60,115 bases of DNA, filler included, from 6 parts of 6 records of this genome joined end to end with filler, not necessarily neighbours in it; one strand, 5' to 3'; shown: positions 40,172-51,952, counted from the first letter of the whole stretch. The notes: generated by a model from the letters alone, not told the origin. Numbers and translations: made by a program.

Positions 40172-43100
40172 ATGTTGCTATCAAACTACGAATTAAATGA
40201 CAAGCTATATGAGAGTAAAATTTCGATAGTTTATCGTGCATTAAGAAAAGCGGATAATAAATCTGTAATAATAAAAATTTTAAATGAGGAATATCCTTCC
40301 AAGGAGCAATTATCTCGTTTTCATTATGAATATAAACTTTTGAAGAGTTTTAATTCAGAAAGAATAATAAAAGCATATAGTTTTGAAAAATACGGAAAAA
40401 GTGTTGCAATAGTTTTGGAAAATTTTGGTGGACTTTCTATTAATCAATATAATTTAAAATCATTAAGTGTAAAAAAAGCATTAGAACTTTTTATAAATGT
40501 AGTTGAAACTATTGATGTAATTCATAAAAATAATACTATCCATAAAGATATAAGTCCGTCTAACATTTTATGGAATGCTAAGACTGATGAAGTAAAAATA
40601 ATTGATTTTGGAATTGCGACTAGATTATCAAATGAAAAACTAAAGTTGATTAATTCAGATCTACTAGAAGGTAAATTGGCATATATATCTCCTGAACAAA
40701 CAGGGAGAATGAACCGTACTATTGATTACAGAAGTGATCTATATTCATTAGGAGCTACATTTTATGAAGTTTTTACAAACCAAAAAGCATTTCCAAATGC
40801 AAAAGATGAAATGGAATTAGTTCATTGCCACTTAGCAAGACAACCAATGGCTCCACACAAAATTAATAAAAATATACCTCCGCAAATTTCTCAAATAATT
40901 ATGAAATTGATGTCAAAAAATGCTGAAAATAGATACCAAAGTATTTTTGGATTGAAGGCTGATTTGTACAAGTGTTTAAAGCAGCTAGAGAAAATTGATG
41001 ATATAGAGAAGTTTGAGTTAGGAAAAGAAGATCATTTAAATAGATTTCAAATTCCAGAAAAATTGTATGGTAGAACAGATGATATAGAAGATTTAATGGA
41101 AGGGTTTAAACGTGTATGTAATGGAAATACTGAAATGATGTTGGTATCAGGTTCTGCAGGCGTGGGGAAATCTGTATTGGTAAATGAGCTTCATAAACCA
41201 GTAGTAAGGCACAGAGCTTATTATATTTCAGGGAAATACGATCAATTTCAAAGAAGTATTCCCTACAGAGGAATTATCGAAGCATTTAAGGAATTTATTA
41301 AACAATTATTGGGAGAAAGTCCTGAAAAAATTGAGGTTTGGAAAGATAAATTTATTGAAGCTCTCGGGGCTAATGCACAGATTATTATAGATGTAATCCC
41401 GAGGTTTGAATTGATAATTGGAAAACAAAAAGCTGTTCCTGAATTAAATTCAGCTGAAGCTCAGAATAGATTTAATTTAGTCGTTCAAAACTTTATTCAA
41501 ACTGTTGCAACAGCAGAACATCCACTAGTTATTTTTCTTGATGATCTACAATGGGCTGACGATGCTTCACTGAAATTCATAGAGATGTTACTTAATGCTC
41601 AAGGTAAGGGATACTTATTTGTAATAGGATCGTATCGTGATAATGAAGTGGAGAAATCTCCTCAATTAGAGTTAGCTATAAAAGAGATAATGGATAACGG
41701 AGTAGCTATAAATAGAATCAAGCTAACACATTTTGGGAAGAAAGAGATATGTCAATTATTGGAAGACTGTTTAAAGAAGGCTGATGAAAGTATTGTTAAT
41801 TTAGCAGACATAATTTTGGACAAAACAGAAGGAAATCCATTTTTTATTAACGAATTTTTATCTTTTATTTATTCAGAAAAGCTAATTACTTTTGACTATG
41901 ATTTACGTGAATGGAAATGGGATGTAGATGATATAAAGAAACTGGGAGTAACAGATAACATAGTAGACCTAATGATCAAGAAAATCAAAAAACTAGATAG
42001 CAAAACTCAGGAGGTTCTAAATCTATCTGCTGTTATTGGAAATAGCTTTGACATTGAAACTTTGGCGACTATATTCCATAAATCAAAAACAGAGACAGCC
42101 ATTGATTTATGGGGTGCCTTACAAGCAAACATAATTATTCCTATAGATGATTCATATAAATATACAAATGATTTAGAAAGTATGAATCCTAGATATAAAT
42201 TTCTACATGATAAAATTCAACAAGCAGCATACTCTCTAATTGAAGAAAATAAACGGAAGGAACTTCATCTACAGCTAGGAAGAAGTATCTCCGAGGAGAA
42301 GCAAGCGGAGCATGTTTTTGATGTAGTCAGCCATTTAAACTTAGCAAGAGAGTTAATTATAGACAAATTAGAAAAAGAGAGATTAGCAGAGTTGAACTTT
42401 AAGGCAGCTATAAAAGCAAAGAGATCAGCAGCTTATGCTCAAGCTTATAATTATATTAAAATTGCTTTTAGTTTATTTGATAATGCTGAATATAGATTAG
42501 AAAACAAGTTATTACTTAGCCTACATATTGAAGGAGCAGAGATTGCTTATTTAAATGCTGATTATAACTATATGCAAGAGCTTGGGGAAGTAGTAATTAA
42601 AAACGCAGAAAATTTAGCGGATAAAATTCATATTTATGATATTCAAGTTAGAACTTATTTGGCTAAAAACAATTTAGTAGAAGCAATTGATGTTGTACTC
42701 CATGCATTGAGTTTATTAGATATAAACATTTGTAAAACACCAAGTGAAGATGATATAACACAAGGTTTATTGAAAATACAAGAGATATGTTCTCAAAGAA
42801 AAGTTGAAGATTTAATAGAACTCCCTCAAATGACAGACTTAGATAAATTGGCAATAATGAGAATTATCTCAACAGTGATGCCAGTAACATATGTTGCAAA
42901 TCCTTCATTAGTTCCGATGTTTGCTTTTACAATGGTAGAGTTATCAGTGAAATATGGAAATGCGCCAGCTTCAGCATTTGGTTATGCGACATATGGACTT
43001 GTACTTTCTGGCTCAGTTGGCGATATTGATACTGGTTATAAATTTGGTGAATTAGCTTTAAATTTATTGAATGAAATAGATGCAGGAGAGTTTAAAGCGA

Positions 43101-46100
43101 GAACGTTTTTTTATGTACATCTATTTATAACACATTGGAAAAAACCTCTCAGAGATACTTTATCTCCAGCTTTAGAAGGTTATAGAAGTGGACTCGAAAC
43201 TGGTGATATTGCAAATGGGACGTTAAATGCCATGCTTTATGGTCATCATGCATATTTATGTGGGAAAGAATTATCAAGGTTATCTATTGAGCTAGAAGAA
43301 TATAGTAATATAATGACGAGATTAAAACAGGAATTTACATTTTCCTATAATGAACTATATAGGTATGCTGTACTTAGCTGGCAAAATCCAGGGAGAAATT
43401 CTCAGGAATTTTATTATGAAGAATATTATGAGAAGATGCTTCCGATGCTGAAAGAAACACAAAATATTTCTGCGATTTGGATAGTTTATTTAAATAAATT
43501 GATGTTTAATTTTGTATTCGAACAATTTGATCAAGCATATTTAGATGCTGTTGAAGCAGAGAAATACATAGCTTCAGCAACTGGTGCAGTAACTCCTTCA
43601 TACTTTTACCTATATGACTCACTAACTAGATTAGTGAGATACTCTAAAGTGAATAGTTTAGAGCAATCTAAAATATTGGAAAAAGTTGAAGCAAATCAAG
43701 AAAAAATGAAAAAATGGGCTGATCATGCTCCAATGAATTTTATGCATAAATTACTACTAGTTGAAGCAGAAAAGGCAAAAGTTTTAGGAGATAATAATCA
43801 AGCAGAAGAGTATTATGATGAAGCGATAGATTTAGCTCAAGTGAATGGATATATGAATGAAGAGGCATTAGCGTATGAGTTAGCAGCTCATTATTACTTA
43901 TCAAAAAATAAAAAAAGAGTAGCCGAATGTTATCTTTGGCAGGCGTACTATGCTTATCAACGTTGGGGTGCAACAGTTAAAGTTGATAGCTTGGCGGATA
44001 AGTATTCAGAGTTTTTATATGAGTCTGATATGCAACATATAAAACCATCAATGACAAAAGAGAGTTCTGTAGGGACAATGGCTACAACAACACTTGACTT
44101 TACAAGCGCCTTAAAGGCATCTCAGAATCTATCCGGGGAGATAGAGTTAAATGGATTGCTTGATAAGATGTTAAGAATAATAATTGAAAATGCAGGAGCG
44201 CGAAAAGCTTTTCTTGTATTAGAAGATGAAGGGCACTGGTTTGTTGAAGCAGAGGGGAAAATTGATCATAATGAGGAGATAGAAACAGAGGTGTTAACAT
44301 CAATTCCATTAGCTGAAGGGAATGATTATTCAGAACGAATAATTCGTTATGTAATCAGAACTAAAGAGAGCATAGTACTAAATAATGCAAGTGAAGAGGA
44401 AATGTTCTTACAGGATCACTATATCATTCAGAACTCGCCAAAGGCAATAATATGTACTCCACTAATCAAACAAGGAAAGCTAATAGGAGTAATTTACCTA
44501 GAGAATAATTTAACAGCAGGGGTTTTTACGAAAGACAGAATACAGTTACTTAATTTACTAGCTTCTCAGGTTGCTATATCTGTTGAAAATGCGAAGGTAT
44601 ATGCAAAGTTAGCTCAAATGAATGAGATTTTAGAAGATAAAGTAGATGAAAAAACACAAGGGATTAGAAACCTCCTTGATAACGCGGGGCAAGGTTTTTT
44701 ACGTTTTGCAAGGGACTATATAGTTGAGGCTGAATATAGTAGAGAATGTGAAAAGCTTTTAGGAGTGATACCTTCAGGGAAAAATATATTGGACTTATTG
44801 GATATTTCTAAAGCGAATCTGGAGGATATGAAAAAAATCCTAGAAGTTATATTTAATAGTGACAAGAAGTTGTCAAGGTCAAGAAAAAATGCTTTAATTT
44901 CATTACTGCCTCAAGAGGTAAAGTTAGATAGCAAAATATTGAACATAGATTATAAATTACTAGGTGATAATCTTTTAGAAAAACACATAATGATGATTCT
45001 TACTGACATTACAGAGAAAAAAGAACTTCAAAAGAAGATGGAAGTTGAAAGAGAAAATTTAAAGTTAATAACAAAAATAGTGAAAAACAAGAGTATTTTC
45101 TTGGAGAGCATTTGTGAATATGAGGAGTTTTGTAATAAACTTTCAGAAAAATATTTAGAAGAAGTAAACTATGATAAGATAGTTGAATTAAATAGAGTTA
45201 TTCATACATTTAAAGGAGATTTTGCACAATGGCATATGAATAATGCTGTTGAGTTATTGCATGCAGTTGAGAGTAAATTAAAATCAATTTTAGAGGGAAA
45301 TAGGTCATTAGATTCCACTTCGATAAAAAATGTATTTAGAAATTTTGAATTTTATAAAACTCTTGAAGCGGACTTAAATATTATCGAAGGATATTTAGGG
45401 AGAGGTTATATGGAGCTCTCTAAAAAAGAGGAGTACTTCAAAGTAAAAAAATCTAAAATTCTTGCTCTAGAGAATAAAATAATAGATTTAAATAGAGAAG
45501 AACTGCAAGACATTCTTTTAAATGTTAGGGAGCTTAGATTAATAGAATTTAGGGAAATGCTATTAATTTATGTGGAGTACACAATGAACTTAGCAAATAA
45601 ACTTGAGAAAAAAATAAATCCTTTCGAGGTAATTGGAGGAAATTTCTTAGTTGAAAGAGAAAACTACAGAAAAATTACCAAATCTTTAGTTCACCTATTC
45701 AGAAATATCATAGATCATGGTATTGAGAATGAAGAGAGTAGGAGAAATTTAGGTAAAGATATTTTTGGTGAAATTCAGTGTAAAATTAGTAAAAATTCTA
45801 GGTTCATAACTATTGAAGTGTCTGATGACGGGAGAGGCTTACAGTTTGAGAAAATAAAAGATAGCCTTATTGAGTTAGGGAAATTTAATAGAATAGAGGT
45901 TGAGGCTATGAGTGAAAGTGAGTTAATAGATTTAGTGCTTAGTGAAAACTTCTCAACTAAAAAAATAGTAAGTACAATATCTGGACGAGGGATTGGACTT
46001 AGCGAAATAAAATATGAGCTTGATCAAATAGGTGGAAATATCGATATCAAAACAAAACAAGATGAAGGAACTCAGGTTACCATTAAAATTCCATTGTTAT

Positions 46101-46102
46101 AG
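40172..46102 (+). CDS. Giant hybrid kinase: Ser/Thr kinase, AAA ATPase, helical region, GAF, PAS-like, Hpt, CheA-type HATPase
   Basis: HKDISPSNIL/DFG kinase; Walker A GSAGVGKS and LDDLQWAD; GAF (YLENNLTAGVF); Hpt IHTFKGD; CheA-type LVHLFRNIIDHGIE, DDGRG, SGRGIGL. Confidence 0.9.
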   Translation: MLLSNYELNDKLYESKISIVYRALRKADNKSVIIKILNEEYPSKEQLSRFHYEYKLLKSFNSERIIKAYSFEKYGKSVAIVLENFGGLSINQYNLKSLSVKKALELFINVVETIDVIHKNNTIHKDISPSNILWNAKTDEVKIIDFGIATRLSNEKLKLINSDLLEGKLAYISPEQTGRMNRTIDYRSDLYSLGATFYEVFTNQKAFPNAKDEMELVHCHLARQPMAPHKINKNIPPQISQIIMKLMSKNAENRYQSIFGLKADLYKCLKQLEKIDDIEKFELGKEDHLNRFQIPEKLYGRTDDIEDLMEGFKRVCNGNTEMMLVSGSAGVGKSVLVNELHKPVVRHRAYYISGKYDQFQRSIPYRGIIEAFKEFIKQLLGESPEKIEVWKDKFIEALGANAQIIIDVIPRFELIIGKQKAVPELNSAEAQNRFNLVVQNFIQTVATAEHPLVIFLDDLQWADDASLKFIEMLLNAQGKGYLFVIGSYRDNEVEKSPQLELAIKEIMDNGVAINRIKLTHFGKKEICQLLEDCLKKADESIVNLADIILDKTEGNPFFINEFLSFIYSEKLITFDYDLREWKWDVDDIKKLGVTDNIVDLMIKKIKKLDSKTQEVLNLSAVIGNSFDIETLATIFHKSKTETAIDLWGALQANIIIPIDDSYKYTNDLESMNPRYKFLHDKIQQAAYSLIEENKRKELHLQLGRSISEEKQAEHVFDVVSHLNLARELIIDKLEKERLAELNFKAAIKAKRSAAYAQAYNYIKIAFSLFDNAEYRLENKLLLSLHIEGAEIAYLNADYNYMQELGEVVIKNAENLADKIHIYDIQVRTYLAKNNLVEAIDVVLHALSLLDINICKTPSEDDITQGLLKIQEICSQRKVEDLIELPQMTDLDKLAIMRIISTVMPVTYVANPSLVPMFAFTMVELSVKYGNAPASAFGYATYGLVLSGSVGDIDTGYKFGELALNLLNEIDAGEFKARTFFYVHLFITHWKKPLRDTLSPALEGYRSGLETGDIANGTLNAMLYGHHAYLCGKELSRLSIELEEYSNIMTRLKQEFTFSYNELYRYAVLSWQNPGRNSQEFYYEEYYEKMLPMLKETQNISAIWIVYLNKLMFNFVFEQFDQAYLDAVEAEKYIASATGAVTPSYFYLYDSLTRLVRYSKVNSLEQSKILEKVEANQEKMKKWADHAPMNFMHKLLLVEAEKAKVLGDNNQAEEYYDEAIDLAQVNGYMNEEALAYELAAHYYLSKNKKRVAECYLWQAYYAYQRWGATVKVDSLADKYSEFLYESDMQHIKPSMTKESSVGTMATTTLDFTSALKASQNLSGEIELNGLLDKMLRIIIENAGARKAFLVLEDEGHWFVEAEGKIDHNEEIETEVLTSIPLAEGNDYSERIIRYVIRTKESIVLNNASEEEMFLQDHYIIQNSPKAIICTPLIKQGKLIGVIYLENNLTAGVFTKDRIQLLNLLASQVAISVENAKVYAKLAQMNEILEDKVDEKTQGIRNLLDNAGQGFLRFARDYIVEAEYSRECEKLLGVIPSGKNILDLLDISKANLEDMKKILEVIFNSDKKLSRSRKNALISLLPQEVKLDSKILNIDYKLLGDNLLEKHIMMILTDITEKKELQKKMEVERENLKLITKIVKNKSIFLESICEYEEFCNKLSEKYLEEVNYDKIVELNRVIHTFKGDFAQWHMNNAVELLHAVESKLKSILEGNRSLDSTSIKNVFRNFEFYKTLEADLNIIEGYLGRGYMELSKKEEYFKVKKSKILALENKIIDLNREELQDILLNVRELRLIEFREMLLIYVEYTMNLANKLEKKINPFEVIGGNFLVERENYRKITKSLVHLFRNIIDHGIENEESRRNLGKDIFGEIQCKISKNSRFITIEVSDDGRGLQFEKIKDSLIELGKFNRIEVEAMSESELIDLVLSENFSTKKIVSTISGRGIGLSEIKYELDQIGGNIDIKTKQDEGTQVTIKIPLL

Positions 46103-46125
46103 TTTGATTAAGAGGGGGATAAAAT

Positions 46126-47164
46126 ATGGCTGAGGCAATGTTAGTAAATGAGGAAAATGAGCTTAAAAAAATTAAAGAATTAAAAAGAGAACTAAGGTCT
46201 TTGAATGTTGAGGTTGATGTTATTGCTACTAATTATAAGAGAATAATTGACCTATCAAAGAGTTTAGTATCAACTCTTGAAGTAAAAGAAGTAGTGAAGA
46301 ATTTATCACTTTTTTTAGGGAGAGTATTGAATTTTAATTTTGGTTATTTCGGTATTGTTTCGGAAAATGGAAATATAAATATAATTGAATTTAAATTTGT
46401 ACATGGGCAGGTATTTTTAGAGCAAAAAACTGTAGAGGGTAATATAGAAAATGAAGAATACTATGAATTATATAAAAATGAAGGTAATGGTTTATCAGCT
46501 AATTCTGATAAACTTGTTGCAGTTAAAATTCTAAAAAATCAATCAAAAGTGGTCATTGTCCTTAAGAGTTTAGTTAAGGACGTATTTACGGAAAGGGAAC
46601 TAAAAACCTTTAGTGATTTAGTTGAATACTCATATATAGCTATAGAAAATGCAATTTTATTTAAAGAGATTAGCGGATACGCAACCACTGATAGTTTAAC
46701 AAAAATATATAATAGAAGATATTTTTGAGATAGCAGAATATGAGGAGTTAAAGTCAAAAAGAAACAAATCTGAATATTCAATAGCTCTAATTGATATAGA
46801 TTATTTTAAAAAAGTCAACGATGCGTATGGTCATCAATTTGGTGATAAAGTACTAAAAAATATTGCTAGCTGTATAAAGGCACAAATAAGAGATATTGAT
46901 ATTTTTGCAAGATATGGTGGTGAAGAATTTATAATCATGTTTATGGACTGTGATTTAAATTACACATTAGAAGTGGCTGAAAGAATTAGAGCGGCGATAG
47001 AGAACTACCAAATAGATGAGATTGGCGTAACTATAAGTATTGGACTTTGTGATAATAATTTTGTAGATTCTAATTTGAATGCTATAATACATATGGCAGA
47101 TCAAGCCTTGTATCAAGCGAAAAATAGTGGAAGAAATAAAGTTATTGTTTATGGAGGCGATTAA
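46126..47164 (+). CDS. GAF-like/GGDEF diguanylate cyclase (frameshift in the T-run at about 46722)
   Basis: TDSLTKIYNRRYF continues as DIDYFKKVNDAYGHQFGD...RDIDIFARYGGEEF; RxxD I-site present. Confidence 0.88.
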
Positions 47165-47531
47165 GATAAAGAGAGTTTTAATTATAGATGATTCTGAGTT
47201 TATCCGAACTTCTTTAAGAGAGATTTTGGAGAAAAACAATTATAGAGTTATTGGAGAGGCCGAAAATGGCGAGCAGGGACTTAAGCTATATAAAGAGTAT
47301 AAGCCAGACATTGTAACGACCGATATAACTATGCCCGTAATGAATGGGCTAGAAACATTGGAGGCGATACTTGAAATAGATGAGGATGCACATGTTATTA
47401 TGGTAAGTGCAATAAGTGAGAGAAGTATGGTTAAAGATGCTATAATATTAGGTGCTATGCACTACATCACTAAGCCGATTAGTGAAGAGGGTGTTTTAAA
47501 AGTTTTTGATGAAGTATTAAGTGATATTTAA
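47151..47531 (+). CDS. Single-domain CheY-like response regulator
   Basis: VLIIDDS, DITMPVMNG, MVSA and KP motifs. Confidence 0.9.
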   Translation: MEAIKIKRVLIIDDSEFIRTSLREILEKNNYRVIGEAENGEQGLKLYKEYKPDIVTTDITMPVMNGLETLEAILEIDEDAHVIMVSAISERSMVKDAIILGAMHYITKPISEEGVLKVFDEVLSDI

Positions 47532-47534
47532 AAC

Positions 47535-47618
47535 AAAATATGGTGACCCAAAAGGACTAAAAGTTAATAAATACAAGTGTTAAATTTATTAGTTTAAGGT
47601 TTTTGGGGCACCTATTTT
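47535..47618. repeat. Inverted repeat (MITE/IS1182-like ends or terminator)
   Basis: GGTGACCCAAAA...TTTTGGGGCACC; a related GGTGACCGAAAAGTCC lies at 60091-60106. Confidence 0.45.
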
Positions 47619-47701
47619 TTATGTCTTTTCCACTCCTAATTTTTAATTAATCAAATTTCAAGCGAGTTCTTAAAAATCTCCAAACTCAATTTGCTAATTA
47701 T

Positions 47702-47801
47702 NNNNNNNNNNNNNNNNNNNNNNNNNNNNNNNNNNNNNNNNNNNNTTAATTAATTAANNNNNNNNNNNNNNNNNNNNNNNNNNNNNNNNNNNNNNNNNNN
47801 N
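47702..47801. other. Artificial contig spacer
   Basis: N-run containing TTAATTAATTAA. Confidence 0.99.
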
Positions 47802-47802
47802 A

Positions 47803-48870
47803 CAGAGTATAATAGATATGAAGTATGAAAAGCTTAATAGTATGGTTAACTACTGTCATACAAGTATTTGCCTAAGAAAATACTTATTAGATTATTTTGG
47901 TGAAATAGAAGTAAAGGATAGTTGCGATAACTGTAGTAATTGTGATTCACAGGAAGAAAAACAAGATATTACACTTGAAGCTAAAAAAATCATATCTTGT
48001 GTGGGACGTGTAAAAGAATCCTATGGAAGTAATATGATAGCTAATATATTAGGAGGCTCGAAAAACAAAAAACTCTTACAAAACAACCTAAATAAAATCT
48101 CAACTTATGGAATCATGTCCGAATACTCAATAAAGGATATTAAAGATATGATTAATCTACTCATTGGTGATGAATACCTAAAAATGACTAATGGAGAATA
48201 TCCACTAGTCAAGCTAACAAAATCAGCTTATGACTTTATCAAGAGCGATGAAAAGATTTTTAAGAAAGTAGTTAAAATTGAAAGCGCTTATGCAGAAGAT
48301 GATGCACTATTAGCCAAACTAAAAGAACTCCGAAAAACTGTAGCTCAAAAAGAAAATGTTCCTCCATATATTGTTTTCTCTGACCAAACACTTAAGGAGT
48401 TAACAAAATATCTTCCAAGTGATAGAGAAGCTATGCTCGATATAAAAGGAATTGGAGAAGTTAAATATAATAAATATGGTGAGCTTTTCTTAGAAATAGT
48501 TAAAAAATATAAAGAAGAAAATAAATTAGAGGAGATAAAAGTAAAAACTTCTACTAAAAAAGATAAAACGCCTAGCTATAAATTAAGCTATGAAATGTAT
48601 TCAACAGGAAAAACCGTGGAGGAGATTGCTTCTGAAAGAGGGATCTCTATACAAACTGCATTTAATCATATTTTAGATGCAGCAATGGAAGGGAAACAAG
48701 TGGATTTTGATTACTTCTTTAGCCAAGAAGAAGAAAAATTAATTCTTGATTCAATAGAAAAAGTTGGTTCTGAAAAACTAAAACCAATAAAGGAAGAACT
48801 TCCACCTGAAATTTCATACAATCAAATAAAAGCAGTCATTTGTAAGAATTTTTTAATGAATTCAAACTAA
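47803..48870 (+). CDS. recQ: DNA helicase RecQ, C-terminal part (Zn-binding, RQC, HRDC, HTH); 5'-truncated
   Basis: CLRKYLLDYFGE...CDNCSNC; STYGIM; VPPYIVFSDQTLKE...KYGELFL; KLKPIKEELP. Confidence 0.92.
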   Translation, partial: QSIIDMKYEKLNSMVNYCHTSICLRKYLLDYFGEIEVKDSCDNCSNCDSQEEKQDITLEAKKIISCVGRVKESYGSNMIANILGGSKNKKLLQNNLNKISTYGIMSEYSIKDIKDMINLLIGDEYLKMTNGEYPLVKLTKSAYDFIKSDEKIFKKVVKIESAYAEDDALLAKLKELRKTVAQKENVPPYIVFSDQTLKELTKYLPSDREAMLDIKGIGEVKYNKYGELFLEIVKKYKEENKLEEIKVKTSTKKDKTPSYKLSYEMYSTGKTVEEIASERGISIQTAFNHILDAAMEGKQVDFDYFFSQEEEKLILDSIEKVGSEKLKPIKEELPPEISYNQIKAVICKNFLMNSN

Positions 48871-48912
48871 ATTTATATATAATAGAAATATTTAGTTTTG
48901 GAGGAGGGAAAA

Positions 48913-49623
48913 ATGAAGAAAATTTTGCTATTGATGTTTATGTTAAATAGTCTAATTTTTGCAGAATATCCCAATTTTATGAAAAAATGGGATTCTGCAT
49001 TAAAGGAACATGTTCATAAAGGAGAAAAAGAGGGAATTAAGCTAAATCTTGTCAGGTATCAAATGCTAGGTATTGACCCGAGATATATTAAGTTAATTGA
49101 TGAGTTAAAAACATTTAATTTGGATTCATTAGAAACAATGGAGGAAAAGTTAGCATTCTGGATAAATGTTTATAACATTGGAGCTATTAAAACTGTGGTT
49201 GATAATTACCCAGTTAAAAGTATACGTGATGTTGGTAGTTTATTTAAAAGCGTTTGGAAACGTGAAATTATAGAAATTGATAGAAAGAAGTACAGCTTAC
49301 TTGAGATAGAGAATGACATCTTAAGAACTATGGGAGAAGATAGAATTCATTTTGCAATTAACTGTGCGTCACTATCGTGCCCAGACCTAAGAATTGAAGC
49401 TTACATACCAAATAAACTCGAAGAGCAACTCGAAGAACAAAAAGAATTCTTAAATGATACAATGAAAGGAATAAAATTTAAAGAAAATACAGTTTATATA
49501 TCAAAAATATTCAAATGGTTTTCTGAAGATTTTGATGAAGGAAACTTACACCAATATCTCGATTTAGACAAAAGTACCAAAATAAAACATTTGAATTATA
49601 ACTGGTCACTTAACGAGTTATAG
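48913..49623 (+). CDS. DUF547-domain exported protein
   Basis: LAFWINVYN, RIHFAINCASLSCPDL, SKIFKWFSEDF, YNWSLN. Confidence 0.9.
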   Translation: MKKILLLMFMLNSLIFAEYPNFMKKWDSALKEHVHKGEKEGIKLNLVRYQMLGIDPRYIKLIDELKTFNLDSLETMEEKLAFWINVYNIGAIKTVVDNYPVKSIRDVGSLFKSVWKREIIEIDRKKYSLLEIENDILRTMGEDRIHFAINCASLSCPDLRIEAYIPNKLEEQLEEQKEFLNDTMKGIKFKENTVYISKIFKWFSEDFDEGNLHQYLDLDKSTKIKHLNYNWSLNEL

Positions 49624-49640
49624 TAATATTATCACCTAGC

Positions 49641-49683
49641 GCCAATTCCTCTAGTAACAATATTGAGGAATTGGGGCTTTTTT
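49641..49683 (+). terminator. Terminator after DUF547
   Basis: CCAATTCCTC...GAGGAATTGG followed by a T tract. Confidence 0.65.
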
Positions 49684-49996
49684 ATTCACTTTTTCAAAAA
49701 AAGTTTCTATTTTTTGAAATATTTTTGTAGTTTTTTCAAACATTTTTTTCATCTTGCTCTATCAACTATTTGACATTTTTCTATTTTTGTTGATTTAAGT
49801 AAAACTTATTTAGATACTCAAAATATTCCCCATTGACAATCCATACTTGAGCAGTTATACTAAAGGTAAGCTTTTGTACAAAAGTAGAATTTAATTTCTA
49901 ATTTAGATTACTATGTTTCGTTTAGGGTCATAGAGCAGGATGACTTTTTGAACAACTTCATATTAATTAAATTACAATCAAGGAGAGTGATGTAGT

Positions 49997-51809
49997 GTGT
50001 TAAAACACATGAGTATCAAATCTAAAATTATACTTCTTGTTACTATGAGTATGATTTTTGGGAAGTTTTAGTCTAATTTTCAATGTGACAAATGAAATTA
50101 AATTGGGAAAAGCTGAAATGGAACATTATCGCGAATCTAGCATGGAGGAAACTAAATCTGAATTAAAAAATTTAGTTGAAACATTAGCTTCTGTAGTTGA
50201 AGGGAAAAACATAGATGCAATGAAAGAGACTATAAAAAATTCAAGATATAATGACGGATCTGGATATTATTGGATTAATGATCTGGGTAAACCTTATGCT
50301 ACTATGATTTATAACCCATCTAATGAAAGTTTAAGTGGGAAAGTTCTAAACGACTCCTCTTATAACCTTGTGGGGAAAAACAAGGAAAATTTCTTTAGTG
50401 TTTTAGCAAATGATGTAAGAGAAAATGGTGAAGGTTACGTTGAATACAAATGGACAAAACCTGACGAGGAAGAAGTACATCCAAAATTAAGCTATGCAAA
50501 AAAGATTGGCGATAATCTACTTATCGCCACAGGAGTTTATATTGATGATATTGAAAAAACAATTTTATCAAAAGAGAGTGATATTAAAAATAAGATTAAA
50601 GCAACAATTATTCGAACAATAATTATTACATCAATCATTACGCTTATCTCAATTTTTATTTTATTACTTGTTATTAATAAAGTTTTTAAACCATTAAACA
50701 TCTTAAATGATAACATGAAAGCCATTGCAGAAGGAGATGCAGACTTAACGGCAAGACTTGATATTAAGTCCAAAGATGAATTAGGTCAATTAGCAAATTA
50801 TTTTAACTCTTTTATAAATAAACTTCAAATCATATTGCAAGAAGTTAGAAGCCTCACATTAACCGTATCCGAGAAAAATTCAATCATACACTATGCAATG
50901 GATAATATCATTTATGGTAGAAACTCTGAAAATTACCACAAATTAGATGAAAAGCTTGATGCTGGAACTATTCATTTACAAGAATATATCGAAAACATAT
51001 TAGAAAACATCAAAACACAAACTGCAAGTAGTGAAGAATCTCTAGCTGGGTTACAGCAAATTTCATTTAGTGGGGAGTTATCTGTTAAAGATTCGATAGG
51101 TATATCAGAAGAGTCCAGAAAAGCTATTCAACTATCAAAAGAAGGATTTTCCCAGATAGAAGAGATGACATTTCAAATGGCAACAATCAATGAAAGTGTA
51201 AAAGATGCAGAGGATAAAATTAAAAACCTACTAACAGCATCAGACAAAATTGGTGAAATAAGCTCAGCTATTAATGGGATTTCAGAGCAAACTAACCTTT
51301 TAGCACTTAATGCTGCAATAGAAGCTGCAAGGGCTGGTGAAGCTGGTAGAGGATTCTCTGTTGTTGCTGAAGAGATTAGGAAATTAGCTGAAAAAACCAG
51401 CAATGAAACATCTAAAATTGAGGGAATTATCTTAACAATACAACAAGAGATTTCAAAGGTTAAATCTGCAAATGACTTCGTAGAAGAAAATGTTGTCTCA
51501 GCACTTGAAGTTAATACTATTGTTAAAAGTAAAATAATGGATATAAATAATATTATCTCAGCTAATGATTTAAAGATAAACAATGTCAATAATTCATTAG
51601 AAGAACAATCTATGTCGATCAATGAGATCACTAGCGCTATGGACAATATCACAAACAGTTCTGCTGAAATTGAACAAATCTCAATAAATACAAATGAAGT
51701 TTCTGTCAAAATAAAAGAAATACTCATGAAAAATTTGGGAGAATTGGATTCATTATCTAATCTTATTAGCGATCTTCAAAATAATATACAAGGATTTAAA
51801 ACGGAATAA
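49997..51809 (+). CDS. Methyl-accepting chemotaxis protein with a Cache sensor and HAMP (frameshift in the T-run near 50055)
   Basis: GTG after an [29 protein letters not shown] (Cache_2); [47 protein letters not shown]. Confidence 0.92.
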
Positions 51810-51952
51810 AGAGCTTTGTATTACGCTATGCAAAACTCTTGAGTAGTTCAAAATTATTAGTTTTTGGCTCTAATATACTTTATAAAAATTAAGAGTGACT
51901 GCAAAGGTTGTTCTCATCCTTATTAGCTACTCCATTTATGTTACATTAATTT

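Noticed and set aside
13267-47801. Repeated N...TTAATTAATTAA...N blocks as a biological repeat
   Set aside because: Identical 100-nt artificial linkers; composition and gene content change at each.
49860-49990. c-di-GMP riboswitch upstream of the MCP
   Set aside because: No GEMM-I GGCAAA/GCAAA tetraloop-receptor pattern or convincing class II structure seen.
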